NCBI RefSeq assembly: GCF_022045235.1
Contig: NW_027266286.1
Coordinates: 21,886,001-21,950,000 of the forward strand
Source: Haliotis cracherodii
Lineage: Eukaryota
Reading direction: 5' to 3'
Length of the DNA: 64,000 nucleotides
In this document: in pieces, positions 62,690 to 64,000 of the stretch
Position numbering within the stretch: the first letter of the stretch is position 1
How the letters are laid out: each line of letters begins with the position of its first letter
Translations under genes and position numbers: made by a program
The notes under the pieces: generated by a model
Told to the model about the DNA's origin: nothing
The model's input: only the letters and a program-made list of their open reading frames with translations
Databases searched by the model: none

Positions 62690-64000
62690 GGTAGTTTATA
62701 GTGTTAGCGAATAGTAGGACTTGTTACTGTTGGATGGCAAATCTGGATAATGTTGGCAAATTGTAGGACTTAATAGTGCCTGGGGTGATAGTTCTCTGTA
62801 GTATTAGCGAATGGTAGGACTTGATCGTGTTAGCGAATGGTAGGACTTGATAGTGTTGGCAGATGGTAGGACTTGATAGTGTTGGCAGATGGTAAGACTT
62901 GATAGTGTTGGCAGATGGTAGGACTTGATAGTGTTGGCAGATGGTAAGACTTGATAGTGTTGGCAGATGGTAAGACTTGATCGTGTTAGCGAATGGTGGA
63001 AATTGATAGTGTTAGCGAAAAGAAGAACTTAGTCGTGTTAGATGCTGGTAGAACATGATAATGTTTGACTTGGTAGTGTTGGCAGATGGCAGGACTTGAT
63101 ATTGTTGGCAGATGGCAGGACTTGAAAGTGTTGTCAGATGGTAGGACTGGATAGTGTTGGAATATGGCAGGACTTGATAGTGTTGTCAGATGGTAGGACT
63201 GGATAGTGTTGGCATATGGCAGGACTGGATAGTGTTGTCAGATGGTAGGACTGGATAGTGTTGGCATAAGGCAGAACTTGATAGTGTTAGCAAATGGTAG
63301 GACTTGATCTTGTTGGCAGATGGTAAGACTTGATAGTGTTAGCAAATGGTAGGACTTGATAGTGTTGGCAGATGATAGGACTTGATATTGTTGGCAGATG
63401 GTAGGACTTGATAGTGTTGGCAGATGGTAGGACTTGATAGTGTTAGCAGATGGTAGGACTTGATCGTGTTAGCGAATGGTGGAAATTGATAGTGTTAGCG
63501 AAAAGAAGAACTTAGTCGTGTTAGATACTTGTAGAACATGATAATGTTTGACTTGATATTGTTGGCAGATGGCAGGACTTGATAGTGTTGGCAGATGGCA
63601 GGACTTGGTAGTGTTGGCAGATAGCAGGACTTGATAGTGTTGGCAGATGTGAAGACTTGATAGTGTTGGCAGATGGTAGGACTTGATAGTGTTGGCAGAT
63701 GACAGGACTTGGTAGTATTGGCAGATGGCAGGACTTGATGGTGTTGGCAGATGGTAGGACTGGATAGTGTTGGCAGATGGTAGGACTTGATAGTGTTGTC
63801 GGATGGCAGGACTTGTTGTGTTGGCAGATGGCAGGACTTGATGGTGTTGGCAGATGGTAGGACTGGATAGTGTTGGTAGATGTCAGGACTTGATAGTGTT
63901 GTCAGATGGTAGGACTGGATAGTGTTGGCAGATGGTAGGACTGGATAGTGTTGGCAGATGGCAGGACTTAATAGTGTTGGCAGATGATAGGACAGGATAG
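62690..64000. repeat. 26-bp minisatellite running off the window
   Basis: Unit GCAGATGGTAGGACTTGATAGTGTTG. The variant block at 62981 recurs at 63464. Confidence 0.96.

Overview
Eukaryotic, intron-containing, AT-rich and repeat-dense animal DNA. The SINE/LINE repertoire suggests a mollusc, probably a gastropod such as abalone (inference). Two + strand genes can be reconstructed by hand with consistent splice phases. (1) A complete 4-coding-exon gene (1914-12204, 422 aa) encoding a centrin/calmodulin-like four-EF-hand domain behind a ~250-aa low-complexity/coiled-coil N-terminus. (2) The first four coding exons of thymidine phosphorylase (TYMP, 49863-60622), continuing beyond the window. The rest is a layered archive of mobile DNA: about 20 copies of four SINE families with a related 3' tail, decayed L2/CR1-group, I/Nimb-like and R4/Dong LINEs, a deleted chromodomain-bearing Gypsy element with nested insertions, mariner and Academ remnants, several MITEs and a dozen minisatellites. 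Most ORF-track entries are artefacts of repeats. The most unusual items are a ~165-bp LTR-like repeat enclosing a tRNA-Arg-derived Pol III unit, a minisatellite that multiplies a real splice donor ~14 times, a mariner-TIR element filled with a 51-bp array open for 788 codons, two 2A-like (StopGo) motifs in LINEs, and a three-source chimeric open frame. No prokaryotic features or CRISPR arrays are present.
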